Source: Candidatus Latescibacterota bacterium
Lineage (GTDB): Bacteria > Latescibacterota > UBA2968 > GCA-2709665
Length of the DNA stretch: 64,000 bases
Reading direction: 5' to 3'
NCBI GenBank assembly: GCA_965208835.1
Contig: OZ242358.1
Location: forward strand, 2,784,001-2,848,000
In this document: positions 20,410 to 29,927 of the stretch, piece by piece
Position numbering within the stretch: position 1 is the first letter of the stretch
How the letters are laid out: each line of letters begins with the position of its first letter
Made by a program: the position numbers and the translations under genes
The notes under the pieces: generated by a model
Database searches by the model: none
What the model saw: the letters and a program-made list of their open reading frames with translations, nothing else
What the model was told of the DNA's origin: nothing

Positions 20410-21216
20410 TCAATACCCGATTCGCCGCAAAAATGCGTACGTCCTCGCACTTCGCCTGGCTTCACTGACGGGGTCGTCGGCACCCGGAACGGGATTACCC
20501 GGGCAGCTCGTTACCCAACGGGAGAAGCCGATCTCCACCAGCGCGCTTCGAATATCCGCGAAGTCCAGGTCAGTCCCGTCGCCTACATCGCACCAGACCG
20601 GATCGTATCGACCGCCTACATCCCGTGAGCTGGACGTGTAATCCTGAAGGTGCATGTAATTCAGCCGGCTCTTGAAGTCACGTATCGAATCGGCCGGATC
20701 GTAGCCCCAGAGCCTGGCGTGGGACACATCGATACAAAGCTTCGCCTTACGAAGCCGTCCGGAGTAGAACTTCCAATCCGCTGCGGAATCCACGAGCGTA
20801 TTGGTGTGAATGTGGTAGCTGATCTCCAGCCCAAGCGTCTCCGCGTATTCCGCCCATGCTTCCGCACCATCGGCGGCAGCGGTCAGGTCGTCCGCGTTCA
20901 CGGGCCGACCGGCCGGCTTCGCGCCGCTCATGTACATAAAGCAGTCGGCCCCCGCTTCCGCGGCGTACTCCATCCGACGGCGGTTACGCTCCACGTGCGC
21001 CCGATCCCGTACGTCCGGCGATCCGGCGGCGGTATATACCGCCATCGGCAGACCGGCATTTTTACACACACGTCGCAGCCGGGAGGGGCTCCCCAGCCAT
21101 TCCGGAGACATCCTTCCCTCCCAGCCGTCCCACCCCGCCTTTTTCAACTCCTCCAGCGCCGGTTCCAGCTCCGGCTCCTGCCATCGGAGTGTACTGTATC
21201 CCAGCTTGAATTCCAT
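20410..21216 (-). CDS. Sugar phosphate isomerase/epimerase (IolE-like TIM barrel)
   Basis: SYHIHT, CIDVSH, YMHLQD, VGDG motifs. Confidence 0.82.
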   Translation of the reverse strand: MEFKLGYSTLRWQEPELEPALEELKKAGWDGWEGRMSPEWLGSPSRLRRVCKNAGLPMAVYTAAGSPDVRDRAHVERNRRRMEYAAEAGADCFMYMSGAKPAGRPVNADDLTAAADGAEAWAEYAETLGLEISYHIHTNTLVDSAADWKFYSGRLRKAKLCIDVSHARLWGYDPADSIRDFKSRLNYMHLQDYTSSSRDVGGRYDPVWCDVGDGTDLDFADIRSALVEIGFSRWVTSCPGNPVPGADDPVSEARRSARTYAFLRRIGY

Positions 21217-21255
21217 AGTTCCCCCCGTCTTCTTTCGGTCAGAAGCGGTGTGAAT

Positions 21256-23775
21256 TCAGGGCGCCCGCCGGCTCAACTCCTCGCAGGCCCGCCGAAACAG
21301 CGCGATCAGTCGCGCACGCGCATTCTCGTCACGGAAAACGCCGATGTTCTCCGCCCATGCGATGCCGCCTTCCATATGGGTCAACAGATACTCGCCGTCG
21401 GCGGGTTCGAACGCGCATCGATTCCCCACGTCGATGTAGACCGGCGACGAATGGGCCATCACCGGGCCGGCGTCCGTTGCGAATTCGCCCCAGCAACGGG
21501 CCGCCACCCAGCAGGACTCTTCAACGCTCAGTTCCTGCTGCAGCGTCACCGTCCTGCCGTCTCCGGCCGTCTGCTGTCTGGCGGCCCGTTCCCCGTTAAC
21601 GATCAATTCCACAGCGGTCAACGGCCACACGCTCTCCGCGGTGGCGACCACGTCCAGCGTCCCGCCGTTCCCCGGCAGCGCGATCTCGCCGCCCATCGGC
21701 GTTCCTTCGACGCGCAGATCGATCATCGCCCCGGTGCTGGCGAATGTCGTGCCATTTTTCACAGCTTTACACCAATTATCAAATGTAAACTCCTCTCCAC
21801 GTGTAATTTTAGCGTAGGTCCGCGAACCCCCCAGAATGCGTTCGTTCGACATCTTGTCCGTCCCGCCGACAATGGGAAGCTTCTGACCCGTGTTCAGCCA
21901 CCGGTAGTACCCACGCTCTCCGGCGCCGATCTGTTCGCCCTTCCAGATCCAGCACATCTCCGCGGCATCGGCCTGGCCCAGCACGATATTTGCGGCATTC
22001 TCGAAATCGGGCGTGGGCATATGCGGCATAATCACCAGTCCCCCCTGCTCCCGGCAGGCTTCCGCCCAATCCGCCATCAGGACCTGAACCTCGCCTCCGA
22101 TCCAATCCTCCTGCGGCCCTCCGGTACACATTGGCGCCACCATTTCCTTCAGACCCAGCAGGCTGATGTGCCCCAACACGTGCTGCCGGTTTTCCTGGCT
22201 CACCCAGATCTTGTGAAATTCGCTGCTGGTTGGCGCGAGGCCGCCCGTAAACTCCTCCCAGCTGGTAAACAGCCGGCCCCACTGGCTGGCGAGCAGGTTC
22301 ACCACGTTAAGGTCTTCACCCGCCGCCTCGAGATGGGCCGATTGAGACGACAGAAAATGCACGTGCGTGTCCCCGGAGTAGAACCCCCGGTCTTTCATGT
22401 CGAATGCCCGCTCAACCTCCAGCGTCAGATTCCGCTGTCCGGGCTTCACTTCAACAAGCTTCCGCAACGGCACATATTCGAACCCTCGCGCCACTTCCAC
22501 GTAGACCGGCCCCACCGGCAGTTCGACCTGGCAGGTTCCGTCAATATAGGCGTACGGCGTCCCGTGTACCTTGCAGTCGCCGCCCATGTCCTCGAACCAG
22601 GCCGTATTCACGTCGGCCTGATGGCCGTGCGGCGCGAAATAGGCGCCGTGGGGAGACCGGAAATGTATCCTGCATCCCACGGGCCGGCCGGCGGCGGCGT
22701 CATTCACCCTGACATGCATCCACTGCCTGCCCGCGGGCGCGATCAGGGCCACGCGCGTTGCGCCGCGCTGCACGGTCTTCTCTTTCAAAACGTCTCCCCA
22801 GCGGAACGCCTCGCTGGCGTCTCCGCACCGGATGTTCAGCTTCCCTTCCCGCGAGCCATGGACTTCCAGATAGCGCCCCTCCTGAAACACCTGTCCGCCG
22901 GACCCCCATCCCGCGTTTTCCGACTCGATGAAATCCGCACCGGGCACATAGAGCCGGTCCTGCCGTGCGATCACGCCTCGATCCATGTCGACCGCAATCT
23001 CCTCCCGGCTTTCGGTCGAAACCGCGACCTCGCTGCGCGGATGCCACACGAGCGGGTCGCTCTCCTCGTGGCAGAGCGTGATTCCGCCCAGGGCGACCGC
23101 GGCCCCGGCGGACGCCGATACCTCAATTTTCGTGATGGACGCTTCGGGATGCGGATTGACCCAGTCGTACAGCCACCAACCCGTCAAATCGCTGCTCTCC
23201 GAGCGGACGCCCACCTGTGCCGCGCCGTACGGAACGGACCGGTCGTCCAGCCCCACCGGGAGAAACTCGCGGCAATTCCGGCAGAGAAAGGGATGGTGCC
23301 CCCACGGCACAAACAGGTCGTGAATCTCGAAACGCCGTCTCAACGCCTGTGGGACGTCGATTCCTGAGTCGTATCGGAGCCGGTATTGTCCGACGACTTC
23401 CCCGGTGCCTTCAAGACTCGTTTCAGCGCCGCTGACCGGCGTACAGACGTGCGCGAACAACACCCGGCGCGCCTTCCGGCCTACTTCAATGGACACGGAA
23501 CCTGCGTCCCCCTTGCCCGCCTGCCCCGAAACCACGATAAACGAAGGTCCGCCGGATCTCTTGTCGCGTTCCGCAAGCGCGAAGGGAATCCCCCAGAACC
23601 GGCAGTTTCCCCCCGGGAGCCGGTTCAGCCCGCTCAATGCAGGCGTTCCCGGCGCGGCCGGCCAGAGATAACCGCCCGTTGTCTCGACATTTTCGGGTCC
23701 GCAATTCAGATAGGCGTTCAGGTCCAGCGGTTCAAATACGTCCGACATACGCAATTCGCTCCAATCCTGTGACAT
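21256..23775 (-). CDS. Large PHP-like metallohydrolase (CehA/McbA-family type), paralogue 1
   Basis: SGDTHVH, ENRQHVLGH, MPH, GGTDKMS, AHSSPVY; N-terminal beta-rich domains; VARGFEY. Confidence 0.8.
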   Translation of the reverse strand: MSQDWSELRMSDVFEPLDLNAYLNCGPENVETTGGYLWPAAPGTPALSGLNRLPGGNCRFWGIPFALAERDKRSGGPSFIVVSGQAGKGDAGSVSIEVGRKARRVLFAHVCTPVSGAETSLEGTGEVVGQYRLRYDSGIDVPQALRRRFEIHDLFVPWGHHPFLCRNCREFLPVGLDDRSVPYGAAQVGVRSESSDLTGWWLYDWVNPHPEASITKIEVSASAGAAVALGGITLCHEESDPLVWHPRSEVAVSTESREEIAVDMDRGVIARQDRLYVPGADFIESENAGWGSGGQVFQEGRYLEVHGSREGKLNIRCGDASEAFRWGDVLKEKTVQRGATRVALIAPAGRQWMHVRVNDAAAGRPVGCRIHFRSPHGAYFAPHGHQADVNTAWFEDMGGDCKVHGTPYAYIDGTCQVELPVGPVYVEVARGFEYVPLRKLVEVKPGQRNLTLEVERAFDMKDRGFYSGDTHVHFLSSQSAHLEAAGEDLNVVNLLASQWGRLFTSWEEFTGGLAPTSSEFHKIWVSQENRQHVLGHISLLGLKEMVAPMCTGGPQEDWIGGEVQVLMADWAEACREQGGLVIMPHMPTPDFENAANIVLGQADAAEMCWIWKGEQIGAGERGYYRWLNTGQKLPIVGGTDKMSNERILGGSRTYAKITRGEEFTFDNWCKAVKNGTTFASTGAMIDLRVEGTPMGGEIALPGNGGTLDVVATAESVWPLTAVELIVNGERAARQQTAGDGRTVTLQQELSVEESCWVAARCWGEFATDAGPVMAHSSPVYIDVGNRCAFEPADGEYLLTHMEGGIAWAENIGVFRDENARARLIALFRRACEELSRRAP

Positions 23776-23912
23776 CACTCTGAAATCTATTGACGGTTGA
23801 CCGCTTTCTCCGTACTCTCAATCGGCCGTCGAATCACGTACACGACGCATATCGGCATCCGACCGACGGGGGAGCGGAGCCGGTCTGCCGCATAGTACAG
23901 GAGTATAAGGAG

Positions 23913-24653
23913 ATGATTATCGACAGTCACGTACACCTCAGGCATGGCAACGCCGAGCGTACGGAATACACAGCCCGCCAGATCGTTGATTCGATGGACG
24001 GGGCAGGCGTGGAGAAGTCCGTCGTCTTCGCCATCTGCACGACCGCGTTCGACGCCATTTCGCGGGCTCGAACCGCGCACGAGATGTATCCCGAGCGCCT
24101 CATACCGTACGCATACGCGCTGCCCAACGCCGAGCGGTCCATTATCGGATGCATTGAAGAGGCCGTCACGGGCCTGGACTTCAAGGGAATCAAGATACAC
24201 GCCGGCGAATGCACCCTCGCTGAATACGTGACGGACCCGATACTCAAACTTGCCGGCGACCACGGCGTGCCGTGCCTCATCGACTTCATCGGCCGTCACG
24301 CCGACCTCGAACGCATGGCCCGCGCCTTTCCGGACACCCCGATCATCGTCGCACACATGGGCCGGTACCTGTGCACGGACCGTGGGCTCATCGACCGGTT
24401 TATCGGCATCGCCGAAGCATACGAAAACGTCTATATGGACATCAGCGGCGTGGTGGTGATATGGAAAATCCGCGAGGCCGTTGAACGCCTGGGACCTGAA
24501 CGCATCATCTGGGGAACCGACGGCCCCTATCCCACACCCGATCTGGCAACGTATATCCGGACGGATCTCGCAAAGGTCCGCGCTTCCGGTGTTTCAGGGT
24601 CCGATCTTTCCTCTATTCTTGGCGGAAACATCGCACGCCTGCTGGCGCTCTGA
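23913..24653 (+). CDS. Amidohydrolase_2 family protein
   Basis: IIDSHVH, GIKIH, VAHMG, WGTDGP, GGNIARLL. Confidence 0.9.
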   Translation: MIIDSHVHLRHGNAERTEYTARQIVDSMDGAGVEKSVVFAICTTAFDAISRARTAHEMYPERLIPYAYALPNAERSIIGCIEEAVTGLDFKGIKIHAGECTLAEYVTDPILKLAGDHGVPCLIDFIGRHADLERMARAFPDTPIIVAHMGRYLCTDRGLIDRFIGIAEAYENVYMDISGVVVIWKIREAVERLGPERIIWGTDGPYPTPDLATYIRTDLAKVRASGVSGSDLSSILGGNIARLLAL

Positions 24654-24839
24654 GGCACGATCCGTGCGTCGACTAGACTTTTAAATATTAGATAACGGGT
24701 TACGTACGACACTGGTGCTGGAAGTCGGGCGTCGGACGAGAAAGAAAACAGGGCGCCGATACGATTCCGGCCGCGGGCCTTTACGTGCAGCTCCCGCATC
24801 ACCGAACCCCGGCAATCGGCAAGTTAACAACACTTTTTC

Positions 24840-24867
24840 TTGACAAAAATCCGCGTTTATATATTTT
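24840..24867 (+). promoter_or_regulatory. Sigma70-type promoter for the riboswitch-asd leader
   Basis: TTGACA-N16-TATTTT about 10 nt before the P1 stem. Confidence 0.6.
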
Positions 24868-24876
24868 TCTTGCGCT

Positions 24877-25059
24877 GCAAGGGTAGAGGCGCGGGTTTGC
24901 ATCAGTAACCGGCAGTGGACGGCGGACCCAAAACTGCCGGAAGAAAGGGCGAACCTGCCGAAGCCCGAGACTCCCGCCGCCGGGATGAACGGGCTGGGCT
25001 GCTGGATAAGATCCAGCGGACTGTCACGGGATACAGCGTCCCGTGGAGCGCTCTCTTGC
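24877..25059 (+). ncRNA. Lysine riboswitch (L-box) aptamer
   Basis: P1 GCAAGGG/CTCTTGC; AGAGGCGC; P2 GCGGGTTTGC/GCGAACCTGC; loop-E AGTA/GAA; P2a CCGGCAGT/ACTGCCGG; GCCGAA; L2 GGCGG complementary to L3 CCGCC; P4 GCTGGAT/ATCCAGC; ACTGTCA; P5 CACGGGA/TCCCGTG; GGAGCGCT; lies upstream of asd. Confidence 0.93.
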
Positions 25060-25080
25060 GACGTGGCGCGGATTTGTCGT

Positions 25081-25121
25081 AGCCGGCGATGTCTCTACCC
25101 CTGGACATGCCGGCTGTTTTT
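25081..25121 (+). terminator. Riboswitch expression-platform terminator
   Basis: AGCCGGC-G-ATGTC..GACAT-GCCGGCT-GTTTTT. The internal CTCTACCC is complementary to GGGTAGAG of the aptamer 5' end (antiterminator). Confidence 0.8.
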
Positions 25122-25227
25122 GTGCCGCCAGTCGATGTAACGCATCGTGCCGCGGGTCTCCGGAACGACGAAATCGCCGAATCGCGGACGGGCTACCGAA
25201 AACCCTCATTCACGGAAGGAATGGCAA

Positions 25228-26310
25228 ATGAAAAAACTCAAAGCCGGGGTTCTGGGCGCGACCGGCATGGTCGGTCAGCGCTTCGTTTCACTCCTGGAAG
25301 ACCATCCCTGGTTCGAGGTCGCGGTGGTGGCGGCCAGCCCCCGGTCTGCGGGGAAGCCGTACCGCGACGCGGTCGCGGGCCGCTGGACCGTTGCCTCGGA
25401 TGTTCCGGCGGACATTGCCGAACTGACGGTCAGAAACGTGAACGAAGTCGAATCGATTGCCGGCGAGGTCGATTTTGTCTGTTCGGCGCTGGATATGGAA
25501 AAAGAGGACATCCGTGACCTTGAAGACGCCTATGCCCTGCGGGAAACGCCGGTGGCGTCCAACAACTCCGCCCATCGGTGGACGCCCGACGTGCCGATGC
25601 TCATGCCCGAGATCAACGCGGGTCACGTGGCCATCATCGAGGCGCAGCGCAGGCGCCTGGGCACCCGCTCCGGTTTCGTCGCCGTCAAGCCCAACTGCTC
25701 GATACAGCCTTACGTCCCCGCATTCGAGGCGCTGGCTGATTTCGGACCACAGAGCGCATCCGTATGCACCTACCAGGCCATTTCCGGCGCCGGCAAGACC
25801 TTTCAGTCGTGGCCGGAAATGGAGGACAACATTATCCCGTTCATCGGAGGCGAAGAGGAAAAGAGCGCGATGGAACCGTTGAAGATCTGGGGCGAGATTC
25901 ACAACGGTGAAATCCGAAACGCCAGCGGACCGGCGATTTCAGCGCAGTGTATACGGGTGCCCGTCAGCGACGGACACATGGCCGCCACGTCGGTGTCGTT
26001 TGAACGGAAGCCTTCCCGGGAACAGGTCATCGATTCCTGGCGAAACTTCCAGGGGGATCCGAAGGCGGCAAGCCTGCCTTCTTCGCCCAAACCGTTCCTG
26101 ACGTATTTCGACGAAGAAGACCGGCCGCAGACCCGGTTGGACCGGGACGCGGGGAACGGCATGGGCGTAACGCTTGGCAGGCTGCGCGACGACAATCTGT
26201 TCGACTACAGATTCATCGCTCTGAGCCACAACACCGTTCGAGGGGCTGCGGGCGGCGCCATTCTCATGGCCGAACTGCTTGCGGCCGAAGGATATCTGCA
26301 GGCCAAATAG
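25228..26310 (+). CDS. asd: Aspartate-semialdehyde dehydrogenase
   Basis: LGATGMVGQRF, SNNSAHR, PNCS (catalytic Cys), QAISGAG, RVPVSDGH, HNTVRGAAG. Confidence 0.96.
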   Translation: MKKLKAGVLGATGMVGQRFVSLLEDHPWFEVAVVAASPRSAGKPYRDAVAGRWTVASDVPADIAELTVRNVNEVESIAGEVDFVCSALDMEKEDIRDLEDAYALRETPVASNNSAHRWTPDVPMLMPEINAGHVAIIEAQRRRLGTRSGFVAVKPNCSIQPYVPAFEALADFGPQSASVCTYQAISGAGKTFQSWPEMEDNIIPFIGGEEEKSAMEPLKIWGEIHNGEIRNASGPAISAQCIRVPVSDGHMAATSVSFERKPSREQVIDSWRNFQGDPKAASLPSSPKPFLTYFDEEDRPQTRLDRDAGNGMGVTLGRLRDDNLFDYRFIALSHNTVRGAAGGAILMAELLAAEGYLQAK

Positions 26311-26350
26311 CCCAATCCCAACGCCTTGTCGGCGGTTCGCCGACAGACTT

Positions 26351-28852
26351 CTAGTGTGGAACTCCGTGCCGGTGCAACCGGCGGTGGATGGCCTCTCTCG
26401 CCTCCAGAAACGGCCGCTCCAGGTACGCCATATGGTCCTCTTCCCCGTGGTGGTGGGTGACCTCTCCCGCCCTGTGCTGCCGGCTGTTGTGTTCCATGTA
26501 CGAAATACAGCCGTCCACCAGCGTCAACATATATGACGCGGTTTCGGAGTCGAACATCCACCACTCGCCGCCGCAGGCGATGTAAACCGGGGAGGTATGC
26601 GCCATTATCCCGCGCCCCCAGCCGTCCAGGTGCGGGACCGCCTGGAAATAACCCGGCCCCCCGCAGCGCGCTGCCAGCCACGCGTGCGCGCCCACCTCGA
26701 TATTCGCCTTCAGACGCAGCTTTCGCGCGCCACCGGATTCCTCGGTTGAAGCGACGACCCGCCCGTTCTGTACGATCTGCAGCGTATGGATGGGCAGCAC
26801 GCTTTCGGCCTCCGCTACGGCTTCGACCGTACCTCCGTTACCCGGCAGTCTGACGGTGTCGCCGATTTCGCGGCCGTCCACCGTGAACCGGAGGATCGGA
26901 CCCCCGCTGTGAAAGGTGCGTCCGGCGGCCATGTTCCTGCACCAGGCCTCGTAAGTGAACGGCTCATCCTCGGGAATCCTCACATACGTCCGGTAAATGC
27001 CCACCGGCACGTCGCTGCTCATCTTGTCGGTACCGCCTACGAGCGGCAGCCTGTATCCGCAGTTGAGATACCGATAGTACTCGTGGTGATTGTACATCGT
27101 ATGTCTGAGCATCTCTACCGCGTCGGCCCGCCCCGTTGCGATGAGTGCGGCGGGCTCGCCGTTGGGATTGGGCAGGTGCGGAATCACCACGGTCCCGCCC
27201 TGTGCGTGACATCGGTCCGCCCAGTCCGACATCGTCACCTCGAGCGTTCCGCCCATCTCCGCTTCTCCAGGGCCGTCGGAACACCAGGGCATAACCGTCT
27301 CTTTCAGACCGAGCAGAATCAGATGCCCCAGAAAGTGCTGCCGGTTTTCGGATCCGACGTAGACGATGCTGCTCCCGTCCGGCGACACGCTCGCCCTGCC
27401 GGTAAACTCCTCGGTATTGGTGAAGAGGTTGCCCCACTGCGAGGGCAGCAGGTTGACAACATTGAGATCCTCTCCCTGGGCCTCGGTATGGCTTCCCTGC
27501 GTGGAGAGAAAATGGACATGCGAGTCCCCACTGAACCACCGCTCGTCATTCATGCGGCACCAGCGTTTCAGCCGCAGTTCCAGTTCCCGTTGCCCGGGCC
27601 TGATCTCCACCCCGGCGCGGAGCGGTTCGTACTCGAATCCCCGCGCAACGTCTACGATGACCTTGCCTCTGGGTAACCATCCCTGACACGTGCCATTCGT
27701 GTACGCATATGTAATCTGACCCAGCCGGACGTCGCCGCCGACGTCGATATGCCACGTGTCCAGGTTGGAGTTCACATGCGGATGGTGCCCGTGCGGCGCG
27801 TAGGGTATCCCCTCGGGCGACCTGAAGTGTACCCTGCACGGTACGGGCTGTCCCGTCTCGTCGTCCACCACGCGCGTGTGGACCCAGTTACGGCCGCGGC
27901 TGACGACTTCGATCTTCATCGCCGGAGTCTCGATTCTGCCCCGTTTCTCCAGCTCTCCCCATTGCACGGCGCCGAGGGTTTCGGAGCCGTGCGTCACCGT
28001 AACCGTTGCCGAAGGTATCGCGGCCACCTCGACATAGGCCGGGCTGCTGGACGGATTTTGCGGTTCCCCCCAGCCCTTCCTGCTGTCCTTCAGAAAATCA
28101 TCCGACGACCGCGCCGGCAGCGGAAAGGGGTACGTGGCAATGCCTCGATCCACCTTCACGTCCAGGTCGAACGGTTTTTCAGCGTCCTCCCGCCCCGGCA
28201 GCGTAATCAACACTTCACGCGGCGCCTCCCGCGAGAACGGATGCTCGTCGGCGTGGCCCAGCGTAATACCACCGATGACAAACCGGGGACCCGCGGGGAT
28301 TACCTCGATCCGCTCAACCGCGCGGTCCGGGTGAGGGTTCTCCCAGACCCAGAGCGTAAAGTCCCGCGATCGCCCCTGGAACGCCTCGGTCTGCCGGCGT
28401 CCGGCGTCACCCCACCGTCCTTCGTGACGCGGAAGCATTCCGTCGGTCCGGTCCTGGACCGCCAGGAACGGAAGCCCTGCCGTCGCCGGAACGGTGCCGA
28501 TCTCGAACCGGTCCCTGACAGCCGCCGAAACCACGGCGCCGTCATCCAGATGAAAGCGATACTCCGCCACACGCTCGCCGACCGGTCCGTTGACCGGAAT
28601 CCCCGAGTCGAGCAGCCGGTGCGCCACGATCACCCGCAGCGCCTTCGTTTCAACCGGGATGAAAACAGGCTGATCCTCAATTCCCTCGCCGAAACCCAGC
28701 AGGCATGGCGCTGCTGTCGTGTCGGCGCTACCAATCAGAAACGGGAGCCCCTGGCAGTACCGGACACCCGAAGAGACACTCGATCCCTCGCCCAGACACT
28801 CCGGTCCCACGTTGCACATATCGGACAGATTCAGCGGTTCGTACGCATCCAT
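26351..28852 (-). CDS. Large PHP-like metallohydrolase (CehA/McbA-family type), paralogue 2
   Basis: SGDSHVH, ENRQHFLGH, IPH, GGTDKMS, AHTSPVY; collinear with 21256..23775. Confidence 0.8.
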   Translation of the reverse strand: MDAYEPLNLSDMCNVGPECLGEGSSVSSGVRYCQGLPFLIGSADTTAAPCLLGFGEGIEDQPVFIPVETKALRVIVAHRLLDSGIPVNGPVGERVAEYRFHLDDGAVVSAAVRDRFEIGTVPATAGLPFLAVQDRTDGMLPRHEGRWGDAGRRQTEAFQGRSRDFTLWVWENPHPDRAVERIEVIPAGPRFVIGGITLGHADEHPFSREAPREVLITLPGREDAEKPFDLDVKVDRGIATYPFPLPARSSDDFLKDSRKGWGEPQNPSSSPAYVEVAAIPSATVTVTHGSETLGAVQWGELEKRGRIETPAMKIEVVSRGRNWVHTRVVDDETGQPVPCRVHFRSPEGIPYAPHGHHPHVNSNLDTWHIDVGGDVRLGQITYAYTNGTCQGWLPRGKVIVDVARGFEYEPLRAGVEIRPGQRELELRLKRWCRMNDERWFSGDSHVHFLSTQGSHTEAQGEDLNVVNLLPSQWGNLFTNTEEFTGRASVSPDGSSIVYVGSENRQHFLGHLILLGLKETVMPWCSDGPGEAEMGGTLEVTMSDWADRCHAQGGTVVIPHLPNPNGEPAALIATGRADAVEMLRHTMYNHHEYYRYLNCGYRLPLVGGTDKMSSDVPVGIYRTYVRIPEDEPFTYEAWCRNMAAGRTFHSGGPILRFTVDGREIGDTVRLPGNGGTVEAVAEAESVLPIHTLQIVQNGRVVASTEESGGARKLRLKANIEVGAHAWLAARCGGPGYFQAVPHLDGWGRGIMAHTSPVYIACGGEWWMFDSETASYMLTLVDGCISYMEHNSRQHRAGEVTHHHGEEDHMAYLERPFLEAREAIHRRLHRHGVPH

Positions 28853-28886
28853 GCCGGATTCCCCTTTGCCGATACGTTCCAGGATA

Positions 28887-29852
28887 CTACGTCACCCGGT
28901 TGCGCGGGCGTCCCTCCAGAAATGCAATGACATTCTCCACGGCGCCGCCGTTCAGCAGATCGACCCCTTCCGGGGTCATATCAGCGCAGTGGGGCGTCAA
29001 CACCACCTGTTCGCAGGACAGCAGCGGATGGGACGGCGGAACGGGCTCCTCGTCGTACACGTCGATGGCCGCTCCGCCCAGACGCCCGGATCGGAGCGCC
29101 GTCACGAGCGCGTCCGTGTCGATCACCGGTCCCCTCGCGCCGTTCACCAGGATGGCGCCGTCTTTCATCAGTCCGAACTCCCGGGCGCCGATCATTCCGC
29201 GACTGTCTTCGGTAAGCGCCACGTGCATGCTGACGACGTCGGCCTCGGAGAGCAGTTCGTCCAGGGTTACGAAACGCACGCCCAGCCTCTCAGCCCGTTC
29301 CTGCGACGGATGGTATGTCCACGCAATGACATCCATCCCGATCGCGCGCCCCAGCCTGGCCATTTCGGCCCCGCTATTCCCGGCACCGACGATGCCCAGT
29401 ACTTTGCCCTGAAGGAAGATACCATTCATCCGGGGCCATTCGCCGGCCTGCATACGCTTCGTGAAAAATGCCGCGCGTTTCGCCGCGGCAAACATCAATC
29501 CGAACATATGCTCGGCTACCACCGGCGCCGTTCGTCCCGGCTGATTGCAGATGACAATCCCGTGCTCGCGTGCGGCTTCCAGGTCGAACATATCGGTGCC
29601 TATCGAACAACTCGTAATCATACGCAGATCGGGCAACTGTTCGAATTCTTCCCGTCCCCAGGAAACGACCCCTCGCGTGTTGATAATGACAGCCGCACCC
29701 CGCGCGCGCTCGACTTTCTCTGCGGTCGAGTCCGGCCTCGTGTCGTACAAAACCACCCGCCCGTATGGCGCGAGGCGATCCAGATGTGGAGACCCGGCGA
29801 TCATCACGGGATCGTCTCCCGGGACCACCATCTTTTCATTTCTCTCTTCCAT
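28887..29852 (-). CDS. D-isomer-specific 2-hydroxyacid dehydrogenase (SerA/glycerate DH-like)
   Basis: VAEH, GIVGAGNSG, NGARG, DVYDEEP, LTPH; GGAGG RBS. Confidence 0.92.
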   Translation of the reverse strand: MEERNEKMVVPGDDPVMIAGSPHLDRLAPYGRVVLYDTRPDSTAEKVERARGAAVIINTRGVVSWGREEFEQLPDLRMITSCSIGTDMFDLEAAREHGIVICNQPGRTAPVVAEHMFGLMFAAAKRAAFFTKRMQAGEWPRMNGIFLQGKVLGIVGAGNSGAEMARLGRAIGMDVIAWTYHPSQERAERLGVRFVTLDELLSEADVVSMHVALTEDSRGMIGAREFGLMKDGAILVNGARGPVIDTDALVTALRSGRLGGAAIDVYDEEPVPPSHPLLSCEQVVLTPHCADMTPEGVDLLNGGAVENVIAFLEGRPRNRVT

Positions 29853-29927
29853 TTCAAAACCTCCGGTGTTTTCCATTCGGGCGACACGGATGCCGCAAGG
29901 CGCACAGAAACGCGGGCTGAACGTCTG

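Noticed and set aside
20650-23367. 905-aa plus-strand ORF
   Set aside because: Antisense shadow of two well-supported minus-strand genes. It is Arg/Pro/His-rich with no motifs, as expected from GC-rich codon bias.
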